Shown here one piece after another: positions 11,871 through 27,457 of a stretch of 64,000 nt of DNA (the first letter of the stretch is position 1; each line of letters starts with the position of its first letter). Source of the DNA: the human T2T-CHM13v2.0 reference genome, Homo sapiens; NCBI RefSeq assembly GCF_009914755.1, contig NC_060926.1; one strand, 5' to 3'. The notes beneath the pieces are model-generated. The model made no database searches and was not told where the DNA came from. It was given only the letters and a program-made list of their open reading frames with translations. Position numbers and translations under genes: made by a program.

Positions 11871-13416
11871 TATTAACACATATTCACAAGGACTGGCAGC
11901 TTCCACAAAATGGGTTAGACATAACCTGATCCTACAATTTCAAATACTTTTAAGAACCTCTAGAAGTGATTGCTAATCTCTGAGCTTGATGAAAAGTGAC
12001 AAATATAAAGATTAACCACAGGATTTTGTGGTTAAATGTCTTTATAATTTTTTCTTAATATTTGCTATCCAAACTTCTCTTTCTAGTATCATGAAAAGAT
12101 GTAGTAGATATTATTTCTCTTATTTTATTTTTTTAAAGATTTATGTAATCAATGAGAGAAAATTCATGGATCTGAAAATACAATGAAAGCTTCATAAAAT
12201 GATGTTTTAAAGAAAAATAAGGTTGAAATATTTTTTAAAAAACTTAAGCACTTAAAAAAAATATAAGACTTCTCTCTCCCCTTGGTGGTTGGGAAATTAT
12301 TAACTACCTGACCACACCAATAAACTCTTTATTTAAAAGCAATGAAGAAAAGGTGACCTTTCAACATAGAACTCCTACTTCACTTAAAATTCCACTTCTG
12401 GTGTTCCAGGAATCCCGTTGTAAAGCCTTGCTTATGACCACAAATGTGACAGGAGCTGGAATTATTTCTGAGATATAATACAGGCATTTATGATGATTAT
12501 TACTCACTTACAAAATTATTCGTCAATGAAAACCTGCTATACAGGACCTAAATCCATAAGACCCAAGAACCACAAATCACCCGTGTAAAAAGCCAAACTA
12601 TATGCTCATTTATGGAGTGATGCTTGATTAGAAGATAGGAAGAAGAGAAGGTGAGCCAAGGTTCTTTTATGGGATTTTAATAAACCCTTTGACTGTTGCA
12701 TGAAACCTAACTTGACCCCAGTAATATACATGCTACCATGTTGCAGATACTGGTGTCAAAAAGAGACAACCAGTGTTCTTGGATACAACTAATTGGTGAA
12801 GATGTTGTGCAAATCACCGACCGTCTGGATCTCATTTTCTTTTTTTTGAGGATGTTGGGTTAGACACAATTGTTTTGTTGTAATGGTTTTCAAACTGTGC
12901 TCCGAGTCCTCAGCACCCAAACAGAGGAGTCTCAAGGATGACATTGAAAGGACAGCAATATAACCATCAGGAATTCAGGCTACCTTCCACCCCTCCAGTC
13001 ATTAAATCAAGCAACACTGCTTTGGTGGGTTTTACAGATTAAATATTTATCACTTTCACATTTGCTATAAGCAGATTTTGCTTGAGAAGAGATCACTGGT
13101 TAAAAGTTGAAACCATTAAATTGGTTGTACCTTAAAGACTGGAGACTCTACAGTTTCCCTGTCACACGTTTAAGAGGTGATACTTCATGTAATACTCAAA
13201 ATTAGCTCATGCTACTTAAATTACTTGACTCATAATTACTTAGGACATAGATTACTACATACAATCTTGATGAAATATAATGAATAGGAGGTGAATATTC
13301 AGCATAGTTGAGGTCCTTTAAGAATGTTAAATGTTACTAGTTAACAAAACTAATATGATATCCCATTAGTTTTCAGGCATCTTTCACTTAATTCCTTTTT
13401 ACATCTAAGGTGGTAA

Positions 13417-14560
<1,144 letters not shown>

Positions 14561-15254
14561 TGACATAAAGGGATGAACCTATAACAAATCAATTAGCAAT
14601 TAACCCTGACTTTACTGAATGGTCTAAGAAAAATACATGGTAAGAAATAGATTATGTTGGTCCTCCCAAGGACATGGCTACACTTGACAGTAAAGATCAG
14701 CATGTTATTGCAGTTCCAAACTTAGCAAATACACTCACAAGTACTTCCCAGTCATTGCATTTGGCCATTCAACCCTCATAAGTTCATCATTAAGCAAATG
14801 TTTCCTGCAGAGTTAAATATAGTTACTGTGTTTGGCTTTTTTGTTTGCTTTTTTTTGGACAGAATAACAGAAAAATTGTGATTTTTCTGACCTTGAGATT
14901 CCTCTAGCTGAATGTTAGATGCACTCTTCATCATTCTGAAGTGAATCCAATAAAATGTAAGTTCAGAGAGAGATATACTACTCTCTGCCAAACTGTCTAG
15001 AAAAAGATAAAATTAGTTTAGGAAAATAATTCATGTCCATTAGATAGATCAAGATGATCAATGTATTCAATGTTTAGAACCGGATGTATATGCTGCAGTG
15101 AATTATGTCATAAAACTTGGGTGTAGTTAAGTTGATATGGATGTGTAAAAGGATCTGTATTGTAAACTATGGAAACAGAAAGAGCTTATTTTATTAAAAC
15201 TGATTATTACAACTATTAGAGACAAAAGTGGATCCAAACATTGTAATTTACTGG

Positions 15255-16457
15255 GAAGATTTCACGCTCGTGGAATTCACTGGTTTTACCATGTTTCCCA
15301 TCATCCTGATGCAGCTGGCTTTATAGAATGATGGAATGGCCTTTTGAAGTTGCACATGCAGCTCCAGCTGGATGATAACAGTTTTCAGGGCTGGGGCAAG
15401 GTTCTCCAGAAAGCTGTAGATGCTCTGAATCAGTGTCCCATGTATGGTACAGTTTCTCCCATAGCCAAGATTCATGAGTCTTAGAATCAAGGGGTGGAAA
15501 TGGGAGTGGTACCACTCACCATTACCCCTAGTAACCTACTAGCAATTTTTTTTCTTCTTGTTCTTGTGACTTTATGCTCTGCTGGCTTAGAAGTCTTAGT
15601 TCCAGAGGAAGGGATTCTTCTGCCAGGAGACACAATGATTCCATTAAACCGGAAGTTAAGATTACCACCTGGTCACTTTGGGCTCCTCATGCTTCTGAGT
15701 CAACAGGCTAAGAAGGGAGTTATGATGTTCGCTGGGGTGATCTTTTCAGAATACCAAGGGGAAAGTGAACCAGTACTCCACAGTGGCGGTGAGAAAGAGT
15801 ATGTCTAAAATACAAGTGATCCTTTGGGAGTATTTCTTAACATTACCATTCTCTATGATTAAGTTCAATGGGAAACTATAGCAACCTAATCCAGGCAAGA
15901 CTGCAAATGGCTCAGACCATTTAGGAATGAAGGTTTAGGTCACCTTTGCCCCCCAGATAAAGAACCATGACCAGCTGAGGTGCTTCCTGAAGTCAAAGGG
16001 AATACAAAATGGATAATAGAAGAAGATAGCTATCAATACCAGCTACAACCAAATGATCAGTTATAGAAACAAGGACTGTAATTGCCATGAATATTTCCTC
16101 CTTATTTTGTAAGAATATGTTTGTGTATATATATATACACATACATTAAACAATTATCTTTGCTTTCTTTCCTCTCTTATTCATTTATTATGTAATATAA
16201 GATGCATTGAGTTTCTATCAGTATTTAAATATTGTTAATATTTCATCATAGTATTTAAGTTATGGAATATCAGGAGAAAAGTGAGCATCACTTAAGAACT
16301 TTGCCTCCTCTTCTAGTGATGGGATTAGTGCGTTTTTGGTTGTATGCAGAACAGTTGTATCATGTTTGATAAAACTGTAACATTGTTAATTGCCTTTATT
16401 GAAGATTGTGTGGTTTAAGGAGATGCGTATGGATGCCAAGTTGATAAGGTATATGCT
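15255..16457 (+). mobile_element. ERV-L internal 3' fragment (integrase C-terminus and dUTPase remnants)
   Basis: ORF 15494-15808 SAGLEVLVPEEGILLPGDTMIPLNRKLRLPPGHFGLL...GVI resembles the ERV-L dUTPase. Degenerate PPT 'gccaagttgataagg' precedes the LTR. Confidence 0.85.
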
Positions 16458-16985
16458 TATGATGGTTAATTTGAAGGTGTCAGCTTGACTGGAGTGAGGT
16501 ATGCCCAGATATGTGGTATAGCATTATTTCTGGGTATATCTGTAAGGGTATTTCTGGAAGAGATTGACCTTTGAATCAGTGGACTGAGTAAGGAAGATCT
16601 GCCTTCACCATCCAATCAACTGAGGGCATGAATAGAATAAAAAGGAAGAAGGAAGGTGAATTCTCTCTCCCTCTGTGTGAGCTGTACACTCTTCTTCTTC
16701 TGCCTTTGGACATCAGAACTCCAGATTCTCTGGCCTTTGGACTCCAGGACTTGCACCAGCAGCCCCTCAATTTTTTAGGCCTTTGGCCTTGGACTGAAAG
16801 GTATACTAGTAGCCCCTCTGGTTCTGAGGCACACTACTGGCTTCCCCGGTTCTCTTACTTGTAGATGGCCTATCACAGGACTTCTTAGCTTCCATTAGTG
16901 CATGAGTCAATTGCCCTAATAAATCATCTATCTATCTATCTATCTATCTCTGATTGGTTCTATTTCTCTGGAGGACCCTAATGCA
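16458..16985 (+). mobile_element. MLT2-family LTR (ERV-L 3' LTR)
   Basis: Starts tatgatggttaattt...gtcagcttgactgg. Contains (TCTA)n and ends ttctctggaggaccctaatgca. Confidence 0.88.
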
Positions 16986-16989
16986 CACC

Positions 16990-17375
16990 ATGGCAGGGCT
17001 ATTATAGCATTTAAGAGCAAAGACTTCAGAATCAGACAGATATATGTCCAAACTTTGTCTCTGCTGTTAAGTAGATATGCTCCTCATTTGTAAAATGGGG
17101 ATAAACATATATTTCCTGTTGTGTAGGGTAGTTATAGAAAATCAATAAGATAACAATATTCATTGATTCATTCTATACTTACTCATTGGGAATTTGCTTT
17201 CTCTTAGGCACTCTTTTAGGTGATGGAGATTTAAAAAGTGAATAAAAAAGACAAGGTCCTTATACATGGGAGCCCTATACCCTCCAATGCATTACATTTT
17301 GTGGGGACTCACTACCAAGGCTGTCTGGCATATAGGAAGCTCTTCATAAATGTTAGTTGTACTGAATATTAGCTA
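16990..17375. mobile_element. MIR and L2 fragments
   Basis: MIR core 'ctcctcatttgtaaaatggggata'. L2-like 'attcattgattcattc...aggcactcttttaggtgatggagat'. Confidence 0.6.
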
Positions 17376-20149
17376 ATCGTTTCTTTGAGTCAGAATCCAA
17401 AAGCAATGCTAGTTTCAACTTTGTCAATGCAGCTTTTAGAAACATTATTAAGATCAATATAAGTCTGGCTGGAGTAGCATTTTTAAAAAGTCCTGGCTCT
17501 TAAAACAGAAAAACCTAGGTACTGTAATTTATGAAAATAAAACTGCCACAAGAATCTAAGGACAACATTTTACCCTAATGAAAATGCAGATAAACTCAAG
17601 GTCTGCTGTTTAGGCCATTCTGAGATATTACCACATTTATCAAGGATTTAGAACATCCAAAAGTTTCTATCCTATCACCAGCTGAATGCATTTTTTTTAA
17701 AAAAAATGGACTGTTCCATTATTAAATGATGCTTGATAGCTCTCTGTTTGATGGAGCAATCTTCTGGGTGGCCAGGAAAAGCTGCTACAACTTTCTTAAC
17801 AGCCTCTCTCATCTGGCAATGGAAGCCTAGTCATTTAAATAAAAAAAGGGCAGAGAAAACGCTGAGAGGCAGTTTGCTCTAACTCAACCTTTTCAAATGA
17901 CTACACTAATTTTAAATATATGAATTTAACTGTATGTTTGCCCCTCTATAAACAGGGCGAACAAACAGTATATCATTTTTACACTTGAACTGTATTATGA
18001 TTTTAATGCAGGCTCAGGTGAGGTGAGGTCAGAAGATACAATTAAATGGATCTGGTACCAGCTGGAGATTAGGCTCTCTTTAACCATGCTTGGGTGGTTT
18101 ATCCATCAACAACTCATGTACTGCTCCATAAAAATTGATATCTGTTTAAAAATAGGTATTAAAATACAGTGTACTTTTAAAATTAGAGACTAAAATATTA
18201 TGTAGTTGCCAGCAGGTAGTTTATTTAATATTCATGTACAATATCAAACAGAAAGATTCCTGTTCTTGGAACAAAAATCTATTAGAATAAATCTGTCCTA
18301 GTTGCAGGAGTTTCTGTGCTTGGTCAAGTCCTTGGAAACAAATGCAGAAACAGACTTTTATATCATTACAAATCCTTGACATGGTGGAATGGTGATATAT
18401 AACTGCCACCCTTGTTAAATAGCTCTATCTGTTCCTCAAAGATTTATTTTAATGTTGTTCTTTCATGAAAGGCTGTTTAAAAGCAAAAACAGGAAAAAAG
18501 GGAAACAGAAATGCAAAGTAAACAGGTTTATTAAGGATAATAAAAAATCTTGGTGATTTTATATATTCTACTGTGAATTATGAATGGTGGACTTCAGTCT
18601 TGAGGTTGAATTTGGTTTCTAATAGACATAAATTCAAATATTTGAATTTTTTACATCTAAAGCTGACTTGCAGCTGTAAGGGCAATCATTTGTCTACTAA
18701 TATGCATATCAAAAATTTAAACAAATGAACGTTTAAAAGTAATATTTGATTAACCATTCACTGAAAGAAAAGTAATTCTGCCTGTCCAATTCAGTAATTT
18801 ATATAGTTTAGTGATTTGCTTGTCAATAATGAACAAATTGCCCTAATATATTACTGTAATGCTTCATTTTCATTAAGACATCTGCCAACTTTTCAAAAAA
18901 GCTTTTCCATTTGGGACTTGACTTATAATTGTAGAGTCCCTTGGGGGAGTTTCAATATTATTCTAATCAATTTTATCCACAATACACAATATGGATGATT
19001 ACATTGCAATGTAATTTCCAAAGTTCCCTTCTCACATTAGTCATTTGCAAGGAGAGGAGACACTGCAGATGTCTCCAGAACGTATTTTAGAAAATAAACT
19101 TACTGCAGCAATGGAGCAAAGAATATTTTTTCATTGTTTGAAATGCATCACAACATGAATATGTATATGTGCAGATATGCTTATATAATTTACAACCACA
19201 CTTCAAAGCTTTATGGTCTATAACATTTATGTGTTATTTTTATGCAATAAGATGATAAAGGATTTTACAACCACAAGATACAAGAGTTGGAAAGACCTCC
19301 CAGATGATCTTCCGGTATGTCAACTGCGGTGATAATGCTATAGTCTTTTCCTTTTTTTTTTTTTTTAATGATAAGGGGAAGCAGATAATAAATTTAGGGA
19401 AAGCTGGAAAAATAAAAGTTATCTTAGTCTCACTCCAAACTAAACTGAAGCTCCAAAAAAGCCATTCAACTTGCCTCGATCCAGAGCAAGCTTAATATCT
19501 AGGCTCCCTTTATTGCTCTTCATTTTATTTTTAAACTTCTCTTGACCCAGGTGGGGAAGAGTTGCTACTTATTGAGGCGATCACCAAATCATCATCAGCC
19601 TTCTTTCTGGTCATCTTATCTATCTTTTAAGGAATATAAAGCCTACTCTTTACGTGATAGAGAAGCTTTCCTTCAGTTTAGCAGTGAGTAGTGAAGAGTA
19701 GGTGAATATTAATAGGGCTAAAAATATTTTAAATGTATAGAAAGAAAAGAAAGTCAGAGTAAAGAGTTATAAATAATAAAACTGATAAAGAATAAGTCAG
19801 TGGCAGCATAGGGAAATTTTAGTTACTTAGATTTTCTACTTGTTTTTACCAAGTTTTTTTTTCTCTCTCTCTCTTTTAAAGTACTAGCAGGGAGTAGCAG
19901 AAATTAGCTCCAATTCTCAGGATTCTACATCCAAAGTTGTTTCCTGTTTTTAAAGTATTTATAAATTGTACAACAAATCATCTTCATTTAAATTTTTTAA
20001 AAACTTTCTATTTTACTGTTAAGTTGAATGAATTAAAATGAACAGCACTGGCTCCTTCTCCACCAAAGTAGGTACTAATTCATCATTGAAGTAAATAACG
20101 TTGCCATTATTAAATGTTTACCATGTACGAAGTAATTTCGTAGAATACA

Positions 20150-21500
20150 TGTAAAGAAAACTTTAGAACATTACCTAGGGACACAAAAGAAAGCTTGAAC
20201 AACTAGAAAGCCATATTGTCTGAAAGTAAGAAGATTCAATACATTAAAGCTTTCAGTTCTATTTAAATTGAAGAGTCATCAAAATCGGTCTGATCAAAAT
20301 ATTACCAAGCTTTTTTTTTTTTTTTTTAACTTGAAGGAATGAGCTTTTCTGAAAAAATGACCTTAGAATCCATGGAGAAAGGGGGCAAAGTATTCCAAAC
20401 TGGGAAAATGGGTGGGCCAAGTTTTAGGGGCAGTAATTTGAAAAGAATGTTCAGAAGATGTTAAGTCAGTCAATCAAATGTGTCTGTTAGATTGAAATCC
20501 AGAGGTCATATAGGACAAAGGAAGAAGATTAAGTTATAAAAGTAGGGTAGAGCCAGACTAAGGGGAAACTTGTGATTCTAAACTAAATATGGGGACTTCC
20601 TTCCAAAAGGGAATAATTTAAGGGTTTTGAGCCAGGGAATTACACTTGGAAGGAGCTACTTAAGATCAGCCTGCCAGTAGTGTACCTGATGAACTGGAAG
20701 AAGGAGAAGAAATTCTGCACAGAGAGAATAGTTAGAAAGCTATTGAAATAATCTATGCATGAAACAGTAAGGACCCAGAATAAAATCATATCATTTATAC
20801 ATGCAAGGACTTTAAGATTATGCAGTGACTTCCTGGCTTTTTAAAAATTGTTTTAACTGTGAGCCATAGTAAGAAATGTGTTTTACACACATACACACCC
20901 AAAAATGTTTAATAGGAATGTTTATCCTTAGTATTTATGATGACATTTGGCATTTTTAGCTCTATTCTTTTTACATTTTAGAAAATGCTGGTGGGAACAC
21001 ATTGTATTTATTTTAAGATTTTCTAAAGGTTGGACCAGCTGTTTGTAAAACATGGTCTGGTGCAACACCTTCACTTTTCAGAAGAGAAACTGAGGCACAA
21101 AAACTAAGTGGCCTTCTCAGGGTCTTACTTTGAGTGATTAGAGACCAGAGGCCTGTGAACTTGCAATACCATAGTTAGGATGGTACTGTGGTAGAAACAG
21201 ATAACCAGGAACAGATTTGAGAGTGATTTTAGAAGAGGAATAAACAAGACAAAGTGACTAGCCATGAAAATTTAAAGTCAACTGAGATTTTGTTCCTGGT
21301 TAATTGGGTAAACAGATTTGCCATAAAATTACAGGCATCTGAAAAAGGAACCAGCGTGGGAGATATGTAATGAGTTCACGCTGAATTTGAGAGGGCAGAG
21401 GGACAGTCAGACTGCAGCAGGTAGGGGAAGCTGTAAGATAAAGCATTCAAATGAAAAAACTTGTAGGTTATCTATTTGAGAATGATCCGATGGTATTTAA
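20150..21500. mobile_element. Mosaic of very old fragments (L1M, L2, a Charlie-like MITE at ~20.83-21.06 kb, MIR)
   Basis: L1 ORF2-like 'agaagattcaatacattaaag'. L2-like 'ttttgagccaggga'. MIR-like 'ttttcagaagagaaactgaggcac'. Confidence 0.5.
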
Positions 21501-21787
21501 TATAATGAAAGTGCATTGAATACCTCTCCTATTCATGACCCTGTTATAGGTCTTAGGGATTCAAAGATGAGCAAAATCAAGTCCTAATACATGAGAAGCT
21601 CTCATTTAAAATTTTGCTGATAGTGTTAAACATCCTTGGAATTAAATCATTATTGTTGCTAAAAAGTCAATACAATTTATTTTCAAGACCTCTAAACATT
21701 TCAATCTTCTACAGTTTGATCCAAAACTTTTACATAGGGTTTTACATCAACTTGCATTCTTATTATTAAATACTTTTTTAGTAATAG

Positions 21788-21815
21788 TCTCTCTCTCTCT
21801 CTTGCTCTGTGTGTG

Positions 21816-21856
<41 letters not shown>
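21788..21856. repeat. Compound (TC)n-(TG)n microsatellite
   Basis: A short (TC)n run, then about 19 perfect GT units at 21819-21856. Confidence 0.95.
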
Positions 21857-21860
<4 letters not shown>

Positions 21861-23133
21861 TGTCTTTCTTTTTGACATCCACCAATATTCTTTCAGGTGG
21901 CAAGTTGCCTCTTACCAGATTACCTCTGAAAAGAAACAGCTTCTGACAGGGAAATGAGCAGCTGGGTGGCAGCTCACAGCAACTCTGTTATTTTGCACTG
22001 ATACAGCATTGTAATATAAATGGCTGAAATGCAATCTGAAAATAGTCATTCATCTCAAACAAACTCCACAAAGCTGGTTAGCATTTAAGCAGTTATATTT
22101 AAGGGCTGACTTCTTTCTAGGTGCCTCCCTTTCTTTAATGATAATGATGGTGATTTTCACACTGCCCATTTGAGGGAGGAAGGAGGGGTGCCAAAACCAA
22201 GGCTCAAGCATTGTAGCAATTGAGAAAAATCTGCAGCAGAACCTCAAGAGAATCCAGGGTCCCTTGTACCAAATCCCTTTATGCCATTTTCCATTTTACC
22301 CAAATAACTTAGAGTTTTACCTGTAGGAAAAATAAAACAAAGAAACTTACTGGCCATCATAGAGTCTGAACTTAAATAACTAGCACTGGTTACATATCAT
22401 TTCATCTCTGGAAATGATTCTAGGCTCAGAGATTCTTGTTACTTTTAACTCTTTAAGTTTGCATAGTCTTCGAACCTATAAAATATTTCCTAACATTTCA
22501 ACCTTTTAGATCACTGAAGAAAATTTCTAGCCATCTATTTGCTCTACTAAAGAGATCTTTGACCTATACCTTATCTCACACTACTCCATGGGTCACTCTT
22601 GCTAACTCACCGTCATGGTGAATAGTCAGCTTATTTCAAGTTCCTTTAACCAATGATTAACGTATATACATCTCCCTTGCTACCCCACTTATCTAACACA
22701 AATGGGCATCCCAAATAATCTGATAGCATGAAATAGATGATTATGCCACAGGCAGAATAAAAAAGGAAGAGAGATGGGAGAGACAGAGAGACAATTTAGT
22801 TAACCAGGATATTTTGATAAGGTTGCATCATACACTTTTTTGTGTATATAGATAATGAACAACATCTCATACCTGGGAGTTACTTCATCTTTGATGAAGC
22901 GAGACTCAGTGAAGCATGAGATTAGGGATGGAATGAGGTTTCTAATGAGGTTCTAGGATATAAAAATATTTGGTACCAATATTTCATGTTTTTTTAAATT
23001 CAAGTTTTATGATTGAGCTTTTCATGCTGCATCAAAGTGTCATATATCAAAAGAGACTAAATAAAGTACCTGTGACAAAATATCATTTGTGTCAAAATGG
23101 TCAATTTAAAGAAATTTGTAACCTAATGTAGTA

Positions 23134-23320
23134 TAGTGGTTCTCCTCCCAAGGGACATTTGGCAATGTCTGGAGAAATTTTAGATTGTTACACATAGGAA
23201 GAGAGATGTTTCCTACTGGCATCTAGCAGGTAGAGAGAGACTGGAGATGGTGCTGAACATTCCATAATGCATGGAATACCTCCCTTAACTCCCCAAAAGT
23301 GTCAATAGGTGAGAAAACCT
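23134..23320 (+). mobile_element. MER20 (hAT-Charlie)
   Basis: 'gggacatttggcaatgtctggaga...tactggcatctagcaggtagag...caaaagtgtcaatag...gagaaaacct'. Confidence 0.8.
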
Positions 23321-26150
23321 TTTGAGATCTCTTCAGTAGAGCAAATAGATGGCTGATGTTTTTGAGAGAGTATAAAAACAGAGGAGAGAACAACGTAATA
23401 GATGTCTATCCTAAAGGCTGCTTTTATATTCATTACAATAAACAATTCTGGCTTTCTCTGCAAGTTCCCTGTTGAATTCTTGTCTACTTTCTGACTCTGA
23501 TCCTGAACTAGTGGGCCCACTTCTGGGAATTTATCTCATGGAAATAATCTAAAAGAAAGACATTGTCATAAGCATGTTGTTTGCAGGGTTATTTACAACC
23601 TAAATTTTACCCCAATTGTTAGATAAATTGATTTAGAGGTCAGAATGCAGCATCCAAGATAAAAATATAGATTCTGCAGTCATAACTGAAATTCAGGAGA
23701 AAGGTCAAAACAGATGATATAAATATGGAGTATTAACATTGCCCGAAGATTCAACATATGTATCTCTCTAAATGAAATTTAGTCTTTTCCCATTCCTTAC
23801 CTGTCTGGTTCTGGCTGGCAGAAGACTCAACTTCAATTATTATTGTTGGTTCCCAACCTCTCTCTTCCTTCAATAGAGTTATAAAAGAAACCTGAGCTTA
23901 TTTTGGGCTGGAAACCTTGTGAAAGACCAGGCTCTTAGTTTGAGAGTCTGTATTTTTAGGGTTGCTTTTTTTTGAGTATGTGATGCTGCTTTTGAGCCCT
24001 GGTACCCGCAACATAAATGTACTCAGAGATGTCGTCCTAAATATCAGGCTATCTACCCAGAGTGGGCCAGGGAGGTTTGCTGCCTGGAATCAGAGAATGA
24101 GCTGTGCCACCCTTGTCTGATTTGAGATGCTTCAACTTACTTCTGGTCAGATCCTGCTCCATCTGTTTTTCCCTCTCAAAAATCTCTTCTTTGTGAGCCT
24201 GAAACACGAAAGCTTCTTTATTCTCCATTTCTCTAAAGGCCAAGGAGATAGTTCTTACAGAAACTCCAGAAAGCTCTTTCCTTGATTTGGGAGTTAAAGG
24301 AGAAACTCACAATTATTAGTTTCCTTCCTAATAGCTCATTTTTTACATTAACAGCATACACATAATAAAGGTATGGAAGAATAGTTGCAAATCATAAGCA
24401 AGAAAAATAAGTGTACAGCAAAAGGTTGAAGATACTTTGCTTCTAGTGAATGTCGATAGGAGGAGAAGCCAATGTAAATATAGAAAATTGTAATCAGATA
24501 TGGGAAATGTTCAAAAAAGGAGATATTGGTTATAATCAAGTCTTCTAGAAATTCCAGAAAGATGGAGGATGACAAAGCCTGATAAGTGATTTTAATTTGA
24601 TCACTAGTAGATCACCAAGACAATGAAATCTTCAAGAGTGCAATTTTAGGAGCATAATAAAAATTTGGTGAATATGCATAAGATTAGAAGGATATTAGGT
24701 ATATAAAAATGGGGGCAGTCACATCAGTTTATTTTAGAATCTGGCAATAGAAAGAAATTAAGAAACAGAACTTGTCGATGAGAGACAATAAATTATAAGA
24801 GAGACTTTGTTGGATTACAAAATCTGTATATAAATTTATTAGCAAAATAGTGGTTTCCCTAGACAAGGAGAGCTTGATGACAAAGCAGAGATGAGAAAAT
24901 TGAAAGGGGAGAAACTGACAAAAGGGAATGAGAGTAAGAACACAGGTGAACAGGATAACCCTTGAAAACAGGAGGGACAAGTCTGAGACTAAAGAGGGGA
25001 GGCATATAAAGATATTTTTAAGTGAAGCAGTTCGAAAATGAGATTTTTCTCTAATAATATCCACTACTTTAGGACAGTATGAGGATAATCTTTGTTAGAG
25101 ATGACTGCCAGTGTAGAGACCTGATTCAGAGACTGACGATTTGTAGAGATATTTTTCCCAAATTAAAAGTTTACTATAGTTCATTAAAATAAAATCACAA
25201 TGAAACAAGCTTAGCTCTGTGTTAATTTTTTGTTTATATGCAAATTCATATGTACCACCTAACCTGCTTTTAAATGCCAGGACATGCTAATATAAAATCA
25301 TTATTTAAAAATATGAATTATGATCACATCCAGAAGTGCAACCGATGTATCAACTTAGACTGACACAGTTGTTTTTATTTCTAATAAGGGCCTTCATTTA
25401 CTTAAAATGTCACTCCCTAGACATCCTATTTCTCTTTTAAACATGTAAGACCACTGCTGTAAAAAAAGAAAATTACACTGAATCAAAAGCCAGTGAAAGT
25501 ATTGCTTGGAAACTTGATAGGGCTACATAGAATCTTAATCCTGAAAATGCAGTAAAATTTGACTCCATCATAATAACCACAAGAGGCAGATCAATATGAC
25601 TGAGTTAAGGTCTGTTCTATAAATCATTACTTAGTGAATGAATTAGAAAAAAGATAAGCTGTAACCAAAATGGTGAAGAGTGAGACAGAAACACTGTTCT
25701 CTGGAATTAGCTTCCAATAAAATACAGGTTAGGGCTTCAGTAATGGAGAATTATATGTTGTGTGTTGTGGATAAGGGTTTGTTCACTGACAAGACTACCC
25801 AGGAATGGAATCTTGGGTTTTGAAGGCAAAGCTTTCACTCTTTAAGTAAAGTAACAACAAAAATAGAAATCTTAAATCACAGATAAAAGCTGAACTTGTA
25901 TATATGACTATCAAGTGTGAGGTTTGCTAAGTGGCATTATGCAGTTATGATGTAAGGGCTGTTCATCTGTGAATTATTTTTTATTGTCTAAATTGTTCCA
26001 TTCAACAAAACAGCTTTTTATTTAGTATTGACTACACACAAAGTACTGTCTAAGAACTGTAGGTAATTCAAAGGTGACACGGATTGGTCCCTGACCTCCA
26101 AATATTTAGAGTGTTATGGGTGGAATAATTTACATATATTTAAAAATATC

Positions 26151-26487
<337 letters not shown>

Positions 26488-27177
26488 CTATTTAACATTA
26501 TCATGAAGGTTCAAATAAAATTCTATCAAAAATGGGAAAATGTTTATACTCTCTTTAGCTTTAGAAAAATATATTGTGTTAATTCTTTCAGTGTTTTTTA
26601 TCTTTGCATTATTGTAGATTAGCACAGTACTGGACCGATGCAAAATAGATATTAAATAAATATTTGATTAATAAAAATTGCGAAAAGAGCATTAAAAACT
26701 TCTTTTAATTTTAATTTTTTCTCAGACCTCTCAGAGATGAAGAATATTAAAACCTTTAAGAGATAAGGTAGGATTTATTAATTTAATAAAAATGTTTATT
26801 GACAACTTTCTATTGGAGATAAAACCCTTGACAAGGTTGTCACATGCCTTTGTCCTCATGAAGCTTCTAGTCTGACAGAATTTGATTTTTGAAGTCTTCC
26901 AGTAAATTTGAACTATGGTAACACCATGAGAGTTTGGAAATTAAGCAAAGGAAGAAAAAAATATTTCTGTTATGGCAGAAACAGTTATGGGAGTCAGTGT
27001 GAAGCATTTGACTAAGACGTAGTCTTGTAATACTATGGTTAAAGAGTCAAGCATCATGCTTGAGAGGGGACAAAAATGTATCTAAGGGAAAGTATAAATC
27101 CCATTTATACTTTGCTCATATAGTCAAAATTTAAAATTGAGTTTTCCATCGACACCAGCCAATGTTCATTTCATATC

Positions 27178-27457
<280 letters not shown>

